Source: Candidatus Altimarinota bacterium (GTDB taxonomy: Bacteria; Patescibacteriota; Gracilibacteria; UBA1369). From it: a stretch of 32,000 nt of DNA. Below the pieces are notes generated by a model, which was not told where the DNA came from, did no database searches, and saw only the letters and a program-made list of their open reading frames with translations. The position numbers and the translations under genes were made by a program. Position 1 is the first letter of the stretch. Every line of letters starts with the position of its first letter. This document shows, one piece after another, positions 8,281-16,202 of the stretch. The stretch is taken from NCBI GenBank assembly GCA_041659405.1, contig JBAZYK010000003.1, positions 1-32,000 of the forward strand, written 5' to 3'.

Positions 8281-8502
8281 ATGATAGTTGTTGTAGACCG
8301 TGAACTTTGTATTGGCGCCGCTCCCTGCGTGGCGATAGCCGGATCCGTTTTCCAATTGGATGATGAAGGAAAAGCAATTGTTTTAGACGCACACGCCGCT
8401 GATGATGCCACAATACTATTAGCCGCAGAAGCCTGCCCTGTAAGAGCTGTTATTCTCTCTGACGAACAAACAAAACAACAAATTTATCCTCCTACAGCTT
8501 GA
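8281..8502 (+). CDS. single-cluster ferredoxin (CxxAxxC...CP type, probably [3Fe-4S])
   Basis: 73 aa. CIGAAPCVAIAGSVFQLDDEGKA...AAEACPVRAV. The second ligand position is Ala, as in 3Fe-4S ferredoxins. Confidence 0.8.
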   Translation: MIVVVDRELCIGAAPCVAIAGSVFQLDDEGKAIVLDAHAADDATILLAAEACPVRAVILSDEQTKQQIYPPTA

Positions 8503-9464
8503 AGATCCCAACAGATCTCTCTCAAAAAATTTTGCAGCTGATTCAAGCCGCAAAATCGATCGTGATAATTTCGCACCGTAATCCGGATGCCGATACAATT
8601 GGCAGCAATTTAGCCCTGCGTGAAACCCTGGAAAAATACGGCAAAAAGGTCTTTTCCGCCTGTGTTGATCCAATCGACAACAAAAATTTCAAGCTGGTTT
8701 CTGACAATCTTTACCAAACTCAGCTTGATCTGATTATTTGCGTTGATGCCGGCTCTAAAAGCCAACTCGCCTTTCCGCAAGATTATCCTGAAATCTTTTC
8801 CGGACGATTTCCTGTGATCAACATCGATCACCATGCCTCAAATGAAGGTTATGGAACCGTTAACCTGATTTTTCCGGATGCCGCTTCCACAACCCTGATT
8901 GTTCACCATCTGCTAAAATCCTGGAACGAAGCAATCACTCCAAAAATGGCAACAATGCTCCTTTATGGTCTGTATTTTGATACCGGCAGCTTTATGCATT
9001 CCAATACCAATGATGACGTTTACGAAACCGCCGCCGATCTTTTAAACCTGGGAGCCGATTTTAACGCCATTGTTAAAGATGTTTTCAAGACTCATTCCAT
9101 TGAAAAACTCAAACTTTGGGGCAAAATTTTAAGCGATGTCCAGATGACTCCCAACAAAATCGTGGTAAGTGGCGTAAAAGAAGCCGATTTAAAGAAAAAT
9201 AACGCCACAATTGCCGATGTCAGCGGAGCCATTGATTACCTAAGTATGGCAAGTGGCAACGCTTTTGCCACCATTTTAAGTGAAGATGGCAAAGGTAACA
9301 TCCGTGGTTCATTACGCACCAAAGACAACGAAATCAATCTTTCCGAAATTGCCGGTTTACTGGGAGGAGGAGGCCATAAAAAGGCTTCCGGCTTTACCAT
9401 TGCCGGTCAGCTCAAAAAAGAAATTCACTGGTCTATTAAAACCACAGAAAGCAGCCAAGAATAA
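8499..9464 (+). CDS. nrnA: DHH/DHHA1 phosphoesterase, NrnA-type (oligoribonuclease / pAp phosphatase)
   Basis: IVIISHRNPDADTIGS, CVDAGS, NIDHHASN (DHH), C-terminal GGGGHKKASGF (DHHA1 GGGH). The TTG start (8499) overlaps the ferredoxin TGA stop (8500-8502) as TTGA. Confidence 0.86.
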   Translation: MKIPTDLSQKILQLIQAAKSIVIISHRNPDADTIGSNLALRETLEKYGKKVFSACVDPIDNKNFKLVSDNLYQTQLDLIICVDAGSKSQLAFPQDYPEIFSGRFPVINIDHHASNEGYGTVNLIFPDAASTTLIVHHLLKSWNEAITPKMATMLLYGLYFDTGSFMHSNTNDDVYETAADLLNLGADFNAIVKDVFKTHSIEKLKLWGKILSDVQMTPNKIVVSGVKEADLKKNNATIADVSGAIDYLSMASGNAFATILSEDGKGNIRGSLRTKDNEINLSEIAGLLGGGGHKKASGFTIAGQLKKEIHWSIKTTESSQE

Positions 9465-9528
9465 CATTGCTTTCAAAACGTTGATTTGATAACATTCATA
9501 TCCGCTCAACCAATAGCATTTTACCCAT

Positions 9529-10524
9529 ATGGCCAACATCAGCCGCATCAAAAAAAGGGATGGTCGAATCGACGAATTTGACCAAAATAAAATCACCGAA
9601 GCCATTTACAGGGCTGCACAAAGCGTTGGCGGAACAGATCACGGTACTGCCGAGAAAATTGGCAATCAGGTAACTGCCTTTTTGGAAGTTTTCTTTAAAG
9701 ACCCCGAAAAAATTCCTACCGTTGAACAAATCCAGGATCTGGTTGAAAAGATTTTAATCGAAAATGGCCACGCCAAGACCGCCAAGGCTTATATTTTATA
9801 CCGTGAAAAACACAATAAGTTACGTGAACTTTTAAGCAGAATTAACTATACCGAAACCCGCAAAGCCGGTCGCCTAAACGAAAAACAAATCCAAAACTCC
9901 ACCGATTTCACACTTATAAACATCACAACCGAACCGGAAAGTGTAGTTGAAGCCTTAAGAAAAACATTGCCCACAAGCCAAAAACAGGTAGCAATCAATT
10001 TTTCCTCGCTTGAAACCGCCAAAAACACTCCGGACCTTTTAACTTATTTAAAGATTTTTGATGGATTTGGGGCAATTGCTTCATCCGCAAATTCCGCGAC
10101 AGACACAACGCAGGGCAATGCGCAAAACGCGCAAGGCAAAAAAATCACGGCAATTTTAAATATCGATCATCCGGCAATTTTAGAACTTATCAAACTCCAA
10201 TCCGGTGATCAGAAAATTGAAAATTTAACGATTTTAATTGGAATCACACCGGAATTCATTGAAGCCGTAAAAAATGATGGCCAATTCGACCTCAAAAATC
10301 CGCAAACCGGTGAGAAAATCGAAACAATCAACGCACGCCAAATTATTGAACTGATCATCGACGAAAAAGAGAAAAATAACAGCCTGGGCTTAATGTTTTT
10401 TAGCGAAACCGAAAAGCCGGAAGAAATCATGAAAGAGCTCAAAGCAATCCAGGATCAAAACTTGGACGAAAACGACCACCGTATTGAAGAAATAATCCCA
10501 CCTCCAATCCAGGCCATGATTTAA
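9529..10524 (+). CDS. ATP-cone domain protein with a truncated, degenerate class II RNR-like core (not a functional reductase)
   Basis: N-terminus is a classic ATP-cone (ISRIKKRDGRIDEFDQNKITEAIYRAA...VEQIQDLVEKILIENGHAKTAKAYILYRE). The rest keeps RNR-like blocks (AINFSSLE, ILNIDHPAILELIKLQ, ITPEFIEAVKNDGQFDLKNPQTGEKI, LGLMFFSE). It stops at 331 aa, before any NPCGE-type catalytic loop. Confidence 0.7.
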   Translation: MANISRIKKRDGRIDEFDQNKITEAIYRAAQSVGGTDHGTAEKIGNQVTAFLEVFFKDPEKIPTVEQIQDLVEKILIENGHAKTAKAYILYREKHNKLRELLSRINYTETRKAGRLNEKQIQNSTDFTLINITTEPESVVEALRKTLPTSQKQVAINFSSLETAKNTPDLLTYLKIFDGFGAIASSANSATDTTQGNAQNAQGKKITAILNIDHPAILELIKLQSGDQKIENLTILIGITPEFIEAVKNDGQFDLKNPQTGEKIETINARQIIELIIDEKEKNNSLGLMFFSETEKPEEIMKELKAIQDQNLDENDHRIEEIIPPPIQAMI

Positions 10525-10528
10525 TTTT

Positions 10529-12967
10529 ATGCTGAAACACTACAACCTATACCGGCATTCAATGCTGCCAAAATTGGCTGTCTTTTTAAGAGAAAGCGGC
10601 CCGGATTCGGCCGATGACGCAGCAAAAGCATTTGAAAAATTGAAAGAAACCGGAATTGCCGGTTTGGATCAAGGGAAACAAACTGCCGGAAGGCTAAAAA
10701 ATATCGAGGATATAGCTGAAGGAATTCAAGGAAAATTAGCAGACTCAGCAAAGGTAATCAGTCCTAAAGAACACAAGGAATTTGTTAAAGCTTTTGAAAA
10801 ACTTAGCGGACAGGAAGATGTAAAGGCAGAAGATCTTCGATCACTTGATCGCGAAATTACCGAAGTTACAAATAAAAGTCAGGGGTTTAGAGAAGCCATA
10901 AAATCAACACTTAAAGAAGTTTCGGATGTTTCTGATAACGATCTAAATAAGGAACTAAAGGAATTTGATCAGCTGGATTTGAAAGGGAAAGCGGCTTATG
11001 TAAAAGAAGTAGAGGCTAAATTAGAAAAACTTCAGGGCTTTTTAAACAACCTTAAAGGTAAAGTAAAATTAAATCCAAAAGGTATTGAAGCCACTTTTGA
11101 AGAATTAGCAGAAAAAAACGAACTATTCCTGAAATATCACGCCATACTTGAAAAAAATAAAGAATTTATTGGTAGTGATGATATTATTGCGGAATTTGAC
11201 CTGTGGTTCTGTTTGCGGCCAACCATAGCCGACCAAAAACAGGGCATGAAAGATTTTGAGGCTACCCAATTAAAACCAAGAAAGGAAGCTGTGGCAAAAT
11301 TCGGAGAATTTGATCGGGCAAGACAACAAAAATGTCCGGAATTTAAAAAAGTCGGTTTAACTGAGAAAGAGGCAATCTTAATGAAAATGGAACTTGAAAT
11401 GGACAAGGAATTTCATGCAAACTTAAATAATTGCAACGATGTTTCCGAAGATACAAGAATTTTACTACGTGCAGAATATGACAAACCAGATCGCGCCATA
11501 AAAAGCCGTGAAGGCTTTATTGTAATGCTTCAAAGTTACCTGAAAACAGAAGCCGCCCTTAGTGCCAATTATGAAGCACTACCGGCAAAAACCAGAGCAA
11601 GGCTTGAAAAGAATTTTGATAAAACTTACGACACAATTATCAAGCCGGGGATGGATTCAAAAGGCCTAAAGGCCCAACATCGCAGCAAGCCCAAAGCTTT
11701 TGCACAACTAACCAGTGATGAAAAAGCGATTCTTCTAAAACATGTGGAAGACAACAAAGATAAAATCGATGCCGAAAATAATCTGGAAGAAAACCTTCAG
11801 GGCGCTTATGACAAAAAAATAGAGGAAGCCATGAATCATAAACCTCATCCTGTTTTATCTGCAAAAACAGGAAAAGAGTTCAAAGCCTGGTTCAGACAAC
11901 AATTGCTTGAAGATGAAACTCCCGACAAAATTACAGCACAAGATCATATCAAAAATTTTGAAAAAACTTCAGAATACGCCAAACGAGAAAGACAAATTAC
12001 AGAATTTGAGGGTCTTATTCAGGAAAAAGTTGCCAGTAATAAAATAACACCGGAAACCAGATTGGCACTTGCAAAAGAATTTGATGGGCCAGATTCGGGC
12101 TTCAGGATCAGAAAAGCTATTATCGACGGGTTAAGAGGCAATGAAATAACCGGAAAACTCGGTGAAAATGCCACGGCAGTTCAACAACTTAGATTGAAAG
12201 CCGCTTTTGAAGAAGCTAATGGAAAATTCGAAAATGCCTATAAACTTTATGAAGCAGTTTTATTGATGAATGAAGGTGATGAAATGGCTAAAAAAGAGCT
12301 TCAGAGATTACAAAAACTTATGCCGGGAATCGCCACCCCAAAAGAAACTTCACCCGACATCTCTCCCGAAGAAGACCAATTACTAGATATGATTATTGAC
12401 GAAGCGCTGAATCGATCTTCAGTCAAAGAAGCCAGAGATAAAACCGCCATTATGGAACAAATGGCCGATTTACAAGTTAGAGCCGATCAAATAAACGCAT
12501 CCCCAACCAGCAGAGACAAGCTTCGCCTTAAAGATTCCAGAGACAAAGATATTGACGAACGCCTCCAAGACCACACCGATGGAAAGAAGATGCTGACCAA
12601 AGAAGGTACAGCAAGAAAAAAACAAACAATTAATGTTGAACGTCTTGAACACGCAACCAGTTCTGACTCCTCACTTTTAGATTTCAAGAAATTTTTGACT
12701 CAGGCTCAGGGAGATCAAAACAGAAAGTTAGAAGGACAAGATTTCGTAGAATTCAAAAGCGAACAGGCAGGAGGCCACGTTACTGGCGAAGTTGCCAAAA
12801 ACAAAGCTGACCGATTGGAAGCGCAAACAAAAGCAGCTTTAGGTGAAATCGTTGGAAGAATGGTAGCAGAAAGAACCGGCGGCCAATTAAACCCAAAAAT
12901 GCAGGTAGCTATCAAAGCAAAATTGGCAAAAAAAGATATCGGAGTAAAATTCCAAGTTTACAATTAA
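10529..12967 (+). CDS. large (812 aa) K/E-rich, predicted helical/coiled-coil orphan protein
   Basis: Uninterrupted 2.4-kb ORF starting 4 nt after the previous stop. No signal peptide or TM segment. Recurring KEF-anchored units, plus a TPR-like stretch AAFEEANGKFENAYKLYEAVLLMNEGDEMAKKELQRL. All antisense ORFs are short. Confidence 0.7.
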   Translation: MLKHYNLYRHSMLPKLAVFLRESGPDSADDAAKAFEKLKETGIAGLDQGKQTAGRLKNIEDIAEGIQGKLADSAKVISPKEHKEFVKAFEKLSGQEDVKAEDLRSLDREITEVTNKSQGFREAIKSTLKEVSDVSDNDLNKELKEFDQLDLKGKAAYVKEVEAKLEKLQGFLNNLKGKVKLNPKGIEATFEELAEKNELFLKYHAILEKNKEFIGSDDIIAEFDLWFCLRPTIADQKQGMKDFEATQLKPRKEAVAKFGEFDRARQQKCPEFKKVGLTEKEAILMKMELEMDKEFHANLNNCNDVSEDTRILLRAEYDKPDRAIKSREGFIVMLQSYLKTEAALSANYEALPAKTRARLEKNFDKTYDTIIKPGMDSKGLKAQHRSKPKAFAQLTSDEKAILLKHVEDNKDKIDAENNLEENLQGAYDKKIEEAMNHKPHPVLSAKTGKEFKAWFRQQLLEDETPDKITAQDHIKNFEKTSEYAKRERQITEFEGLIQEKVASNKITPETRLALAKEFDGPDSGFRIRKAIIDGLRGNEITGKLGENATAVQQLRLKAAFEEANGKFENAYKLYEAVLLMNEGDEMAKKELQRLQKLMPGIATPKETSPDISPEEDQLLDMIIDEALNRSSVKEARDKTAIMEQMADLQVRADQINASPTSRDKLRLKDSRDKDIDERLQDHTDGKKMLTKEGTARKKQTINVERLEHATSSDSSLLDFKKFLTQAQGDQNRKLEGQDFVEFKSEQAGGHVTGEVAKNKADRLEAQTKAALGEIVGRMVAERTGGQLNPKMQVAIKAKLAKKDIGVKFQVYN

Positions 12968-13031
12968 ACGAACATTTCAAGATATTTACAATTAAGTGTA
13001 AGATAGCGATTGGAGCTCGCTCCCACTCGCA

Positions 13032-13060
13032 TTTTGTGAGCAACAGTATCGCTTTATAAT
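13032..13060 (+). promoter_or_regulatory. candidate promoter placing the TSS on or next to the methyltransferase ATG (possible leaderless mRNA)
   Basis: Perfect TATAAT at 13055-13060, with only 7 nt (CTTTTCC) before ATG 13068. The -35 candidates are weak: TTTTGT with a 17-nt spacer, or TTGTGA with a 15-nt spacer. Confidence 0.35.
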
Positions 13061-13067
13061 CTTTTCC

Positions 13068-13703
13068 ATGCCTGACCAAAAACCTAAACAAAATCGAATC
13101 AAACTGTCCGCACTCTTTGATTTTTTCCTGATGACCGTATTGATTGGATCACTTTTATTGGTGCTCTACATCATGCCACATGACAGCTTTAATTTTTGGT
13201 GGGTTTTGATCTTTTTAATTATCCTTGTCCCAACTTTACGTGCGCTTGTTAATGGAGCACCCTTTGTGCCAACACCGCTTGCCCGTGCCAGAAAAATAGC
13301 CGCACTCGCAAAGATCAAACCAGGTGAAAAAGTTTATGATATTGGCTGCGGAGATGGTCGCATGGTTTATTTTGCCGCCAACGAATTTGGCGCAAATGCC
13401 ATTGGTTTAGAGCTTTCCCCTCTTGTTTATGTCCTTGCACGAGTTCGCAAATTTTTCTGGAAATCAAAAGCCAAAATTATTTTCCGCGATTTCCACTTTT
13501 ATAACTTAAAAGATGCAGACGTTATTCTTTGCTATTTGATGCCCGAAACTTTGGCCAAACTGCAAAGCAAACTGGAAAAAGAGCTCAAACCGGGCGCCCG
13601 CGTAGTTTCTTACGCTTTTCAAATCGGGAACTGGAAAGAAACACATCATGAACTAAAAGATCCGGCCAATAATTTGGCTTCAATCTGGGTTTATAAGAGA
13701 TAA
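13068..13703 (+). CDS. membrane-anchored class I SAM-dependent methyltransferase
   Basis: 211 aa. Two N-terminal TM helices (LFDFFLMTVLIGSLLLVLYI; FWWVLIFLIILVPTL), then motif I VYDIGCGDGRMV and the post-I acidic residue GLELS. Confidence 0.8.
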   Translation: MPDQKPKQNRIKLSALFDFFLMTVLIGSLLLVLYIMPHDSFNFWWVLIFLIILVPTLRALVNGAPFVPTPLARARKIAALAKIKPGEKVYDIGCGDGRMVYFAANEFGANAIGLELSPLVYVLARVRKFFWKSKAKIIFRDFHFYNLKDADVILCYLMPETLAKLQSKLEKELKPGARVVSYAFQIGNWKETHHELKDPANNLASIWVYKR

Positions 13704-13759
13704 ACACAAATCTTAAATCATATCTCCAGCATCCAGAGTCCTACTTCCTGTTTCCTTCT

Positions 13760-15142
13760 TCACACCTGCACCGAAGCAAACCAAAATGCGGCAACAAAAT
13801 GCACGCCATTTAAAAGTATCTTCAAAAAAATCCAGGTCATAGCGGTAAATGGAAAAGCCAAAAGCGGAGAAATAAAAGAAATCATCAACGCCAAAAAACT
13901 GACCAGCATTATCAAAGGAATCAGCGGCAGAAACAGGATATTGGCAATCGGCGCAATAATGGAAAAACGGCCAAAATAATACAAAATCAGCGGCGTGGTA
14001 AAAACCTGAGCCGCCAAGGTGATCAACAATCCTTCCCGTAAAAATTCAGGCATTTTGGGGAATAAATTCATATTTTCGACCAACGGCATCAACAAAACCA
14101 GCCCCAAAGTCGCCAAAAAAGAAAGTTCAAACGAAAGATCAAAAGCCAGGACGTATGGATTCAAAAAAGTCATCAAAAACGCACTCAACAAAAGGTTAAT
14201 AATCGCCTGCCCTTTGCGACCATTGGCAATCGACAAAATCACAAAAAAGCCCATCCAGGCGGCCCGAATCACGCTTCCGGAAAATCCTGTAAACAGCAAA
14301 AACAAGGTAATTCCGCAAAGCATTCCAAAAAAACGCGCGCGCCTTCCCGCCCCCACAAAACAAAATCCAAAAATCGTAATCATCAAATTAATATTATAGC
14401 CGGAAATGGCTAAAACATGCGTCAATCCTGCCCGATTAAAATCATCCAAAATTGATTTCGGAATGCTGGTTCTAATACCCATTAAAAGTCCTGCAACCAA
14501 ACTCGCTTCCGGTTCGGTAAAAATAACGTTTATCTGATTACTGAGCCACCCTTTTAAAGTAAAAACCATCTTCCAAAAAGGATCGCCACTCCCCACACGC
14601 AAAAACTGAATTCTGGGCGCATAAATTACCGCATAGATGTCCTGTTCCGCTAACTGCTGCGGATAAAAACTTCCTTCAAAACTGGGCGGCGAACGGATTT
14701 GTCCTTGAATTTGCAAATAATCTCCAAAATGGAATTCCGGAAAACGATCTGTTTTAACCAGAATTTTCCCCTGAATTTCCCGCCAATTATTATTCCAAAA
14801 AAGTTTCACGACAGTCAGCGAAAAAGACTGTTGATCGCCCTGCACTCGAATTTCGTTGGAAATAAAACCTTCAAATTTAACATTCACATTTAAATCTTTA
14901 TAAAATCCCAAATCACCAACCGCAAAATGTGGAATCGCCAACGCAAAACGAAAATATCCAAAAAACAAAGTAAAAACCACCACCAGTAAATATCGCCAGG
15001 AAAATTGAAATCGCCAAACGCAAAACAAACCACCTAAAACCACGCACAAGCCAATCAACATCCACCACAAGCCAAAACTCGCCAACAGTACGCCAATCAA
15101 AAAACTTACCATCCCAATAATAAGACTCCAGAATTTACTCAC
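13760..15142 (-). CDS. comEC: ComEC/Rec2 DNA-uptake channel protein, short form (DUF4131 + competence domain, no metallo-beta-lactamase domain)
   Basis: 460 aa, polytopic. N-terminal OB-like region between TM helices. Hallmark FNRAGLTHVLAISGYNINLM. GTG start at 15142. Ends right after the competence domain. Confidence 0.88.
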   Translation of the reverse strand: MSKFWSLIIGMVSFLIGVLLASFGLWWMLIGLCVVLGGLFCVWRFQFSWRYLLVVVFTLFFGYFRFALAIPHFAVGDLGFYKDLNVNVKFEGFISNEIRVQGDQQSFSLTVVKLFWNNNWREIQGKILVKTDRFPEFHFGDYLQIQGQIRSPPSFEGSFYPQQLAEQDIYAVIYAPRIQFLRVGSGDPFWKMVFTLKGWLSNQINVIFTEPEASLVAGLLMGIRTSIPKSILDDFNRAGLTHVLAISGYNINLMITIFGFCFVGAGRRARFFGMLCGITLFLLFTGFSGSVIRAAWMGFFVILSIANGRKGQAIINLLLSAFLMTFLNPYVLAFDLSFELSFLATLGLVLLMPLVENMNLFPKMPEFLREGLLITLAAQVFTTPLILYYFGRFSIIAPIANILFLPLIPLIMLVSFLALMISFISPLLAFPFTAMTWIFLKILLNGVHFVAAFWFASVQV

Positions 15143-15203
15143 AAAAAAACTTAAGATCTAAAAATTTATCTAAATTTCCAGACCAACATAAACTTTTGAA
15201 ATG

Positions 15204-15265
15204 AAAAAAATCTAAAAAATTCCTAAAAAAATTGCTTTTCCAACGTAAAAAATTCCCACAAAAAA
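15204..15265. repeat. phased A-tracts (intrinsically bent DNA / UP-like) in the comEC-aguB divergent region
   Basis: A7 15204-15210, A6 15214-15219, A7 15225-15231, A6 15247-15252, A6 15260-15265. Centre spacings are about 9.5, 11.5, 21.5 and 13 nt, ending 1 nt before TTGCAA. Confidence 0.5.
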
Positions 15266-15266
15266 C

Positions 15267-15294
15267 TTGCAAATGCCCGGCTATTTGCTAACTT
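15267..15294 (+). promoter_or_regulatory. candidate promoter of the aguB-aguA(-speA) cluster
   Basis: TTGCAA (15267-15272), 16-nt spacer ending in TGc, TAACTT (15289-15294). Preceded by the A-tract array. Confidence 0.35.
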
Positions 15295-15341
15295 GATCCT
15301 TGTGTCATTTCAAACCAATTCTCCTTAAATATTCATTTTCC

Positions 15342-16199
15342 ATGAGCAGAAAAGTCACACTTGGTCTTATCCAAATGCATTCGGTCGATGATGTCTCCAA
15401 AAACCTTAAAAAAGGGCTTGAAAACATCAAAAAATCCGCAGATCAGGGAGCCCAAATCATCGCTCTTCCGGAACTTTTTGTTGGTCCATATTTTTGCCAA
15501 ACACATGAAAAAAAATTCTTTGATCTTGCTGAACCGTTTGAAGGCCCAACCGTAGAAGCACTTTGCAAAATTGCCCGACAAACTAAAACTGTAATCATCA
15601 CCTCAATTTACGAAAAAACCGCCAATAAGAAATTTTACAATACCGCCGTTGTGATTGATGTGGACGGCAAAATTGTCGGTAAATACCGCAAAATTCACAT
15701 TCCCAACGATCCCGAACATGGCTACGATGAAGCTTATTATTTTGCTCCCGGTGATTTGGGAGTTGGCGTTTTTCAAACCAAATACGCCAAAGTCGCTCCA
15801 CAAATCTGCTACGACCAATGGTTTCCGGAAGGTGCCAGAGCCGCGGGATTAAAAGGCGCGGAAATTTTATTTTTCCCAACCGCAATCGGCTGGCCAACTT
15901 CACAACACGATAAATGGCTAAATAAAGCCGAAAACTCCATGTGGCAAACCACGCAAATCAGCCACGGCATAGATAACAACTGTTTTGTGGCTTCCATCAA
16001 TCGCGTCAAACTTGAAAATAACCTCGATTTTTGGGGCAGTTCTTTTGTGAGTGACCCATATGGTCAAATTATTAAGAAAGCCCCTACAAACAAAGAAATG
16101 AACCTTGTGGTGACTTGTGATCTTGATTTGATTCAACAAAAAACCAAAGATTGGCCTTTTCATAGTGACTATCAAAAAGTAACCACTAAAATTAAATAA
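15342..16199 (+). CDS. aguB: N-carbamoylputrescine amidase (CN-hydrolase family)
   Basis: VTLGLIQM start typical of the family. Glu-Lys-Cys triad contexts: ALPELF, YRKIHIP, ICYDQWFPE. Start taken at ATG 15342 rather than the track's TTG at 15300. Confidence 0.87.
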   Translation: MSRKVTLGLIQMHSVDDVSKNLKKGLENIKKSADQGAQIIALPELFVGPYFCQTHEKKFFDLAEPFEGPTVEALCKIARQTKTVIITSIYEKTANKKFYNTAVVIDVDGKIVGKYRKIHIPNDPEHGYDEAYYFAPGDLGVGVFQTKYAKVAPQICYDQWFPEGARAAGLKGAEILFFPTAIGWPTSQHDKWLNKAENSMWQTTQISHGIDNNCFVASINRVKLENNLDFWGSSFVSDPYGQIIKKAPTNKEMNLVVTCDLDLIQQKTKDWPFHSDYQKVTTKIK

Positions 16200-16202
16200 C
16201 AG

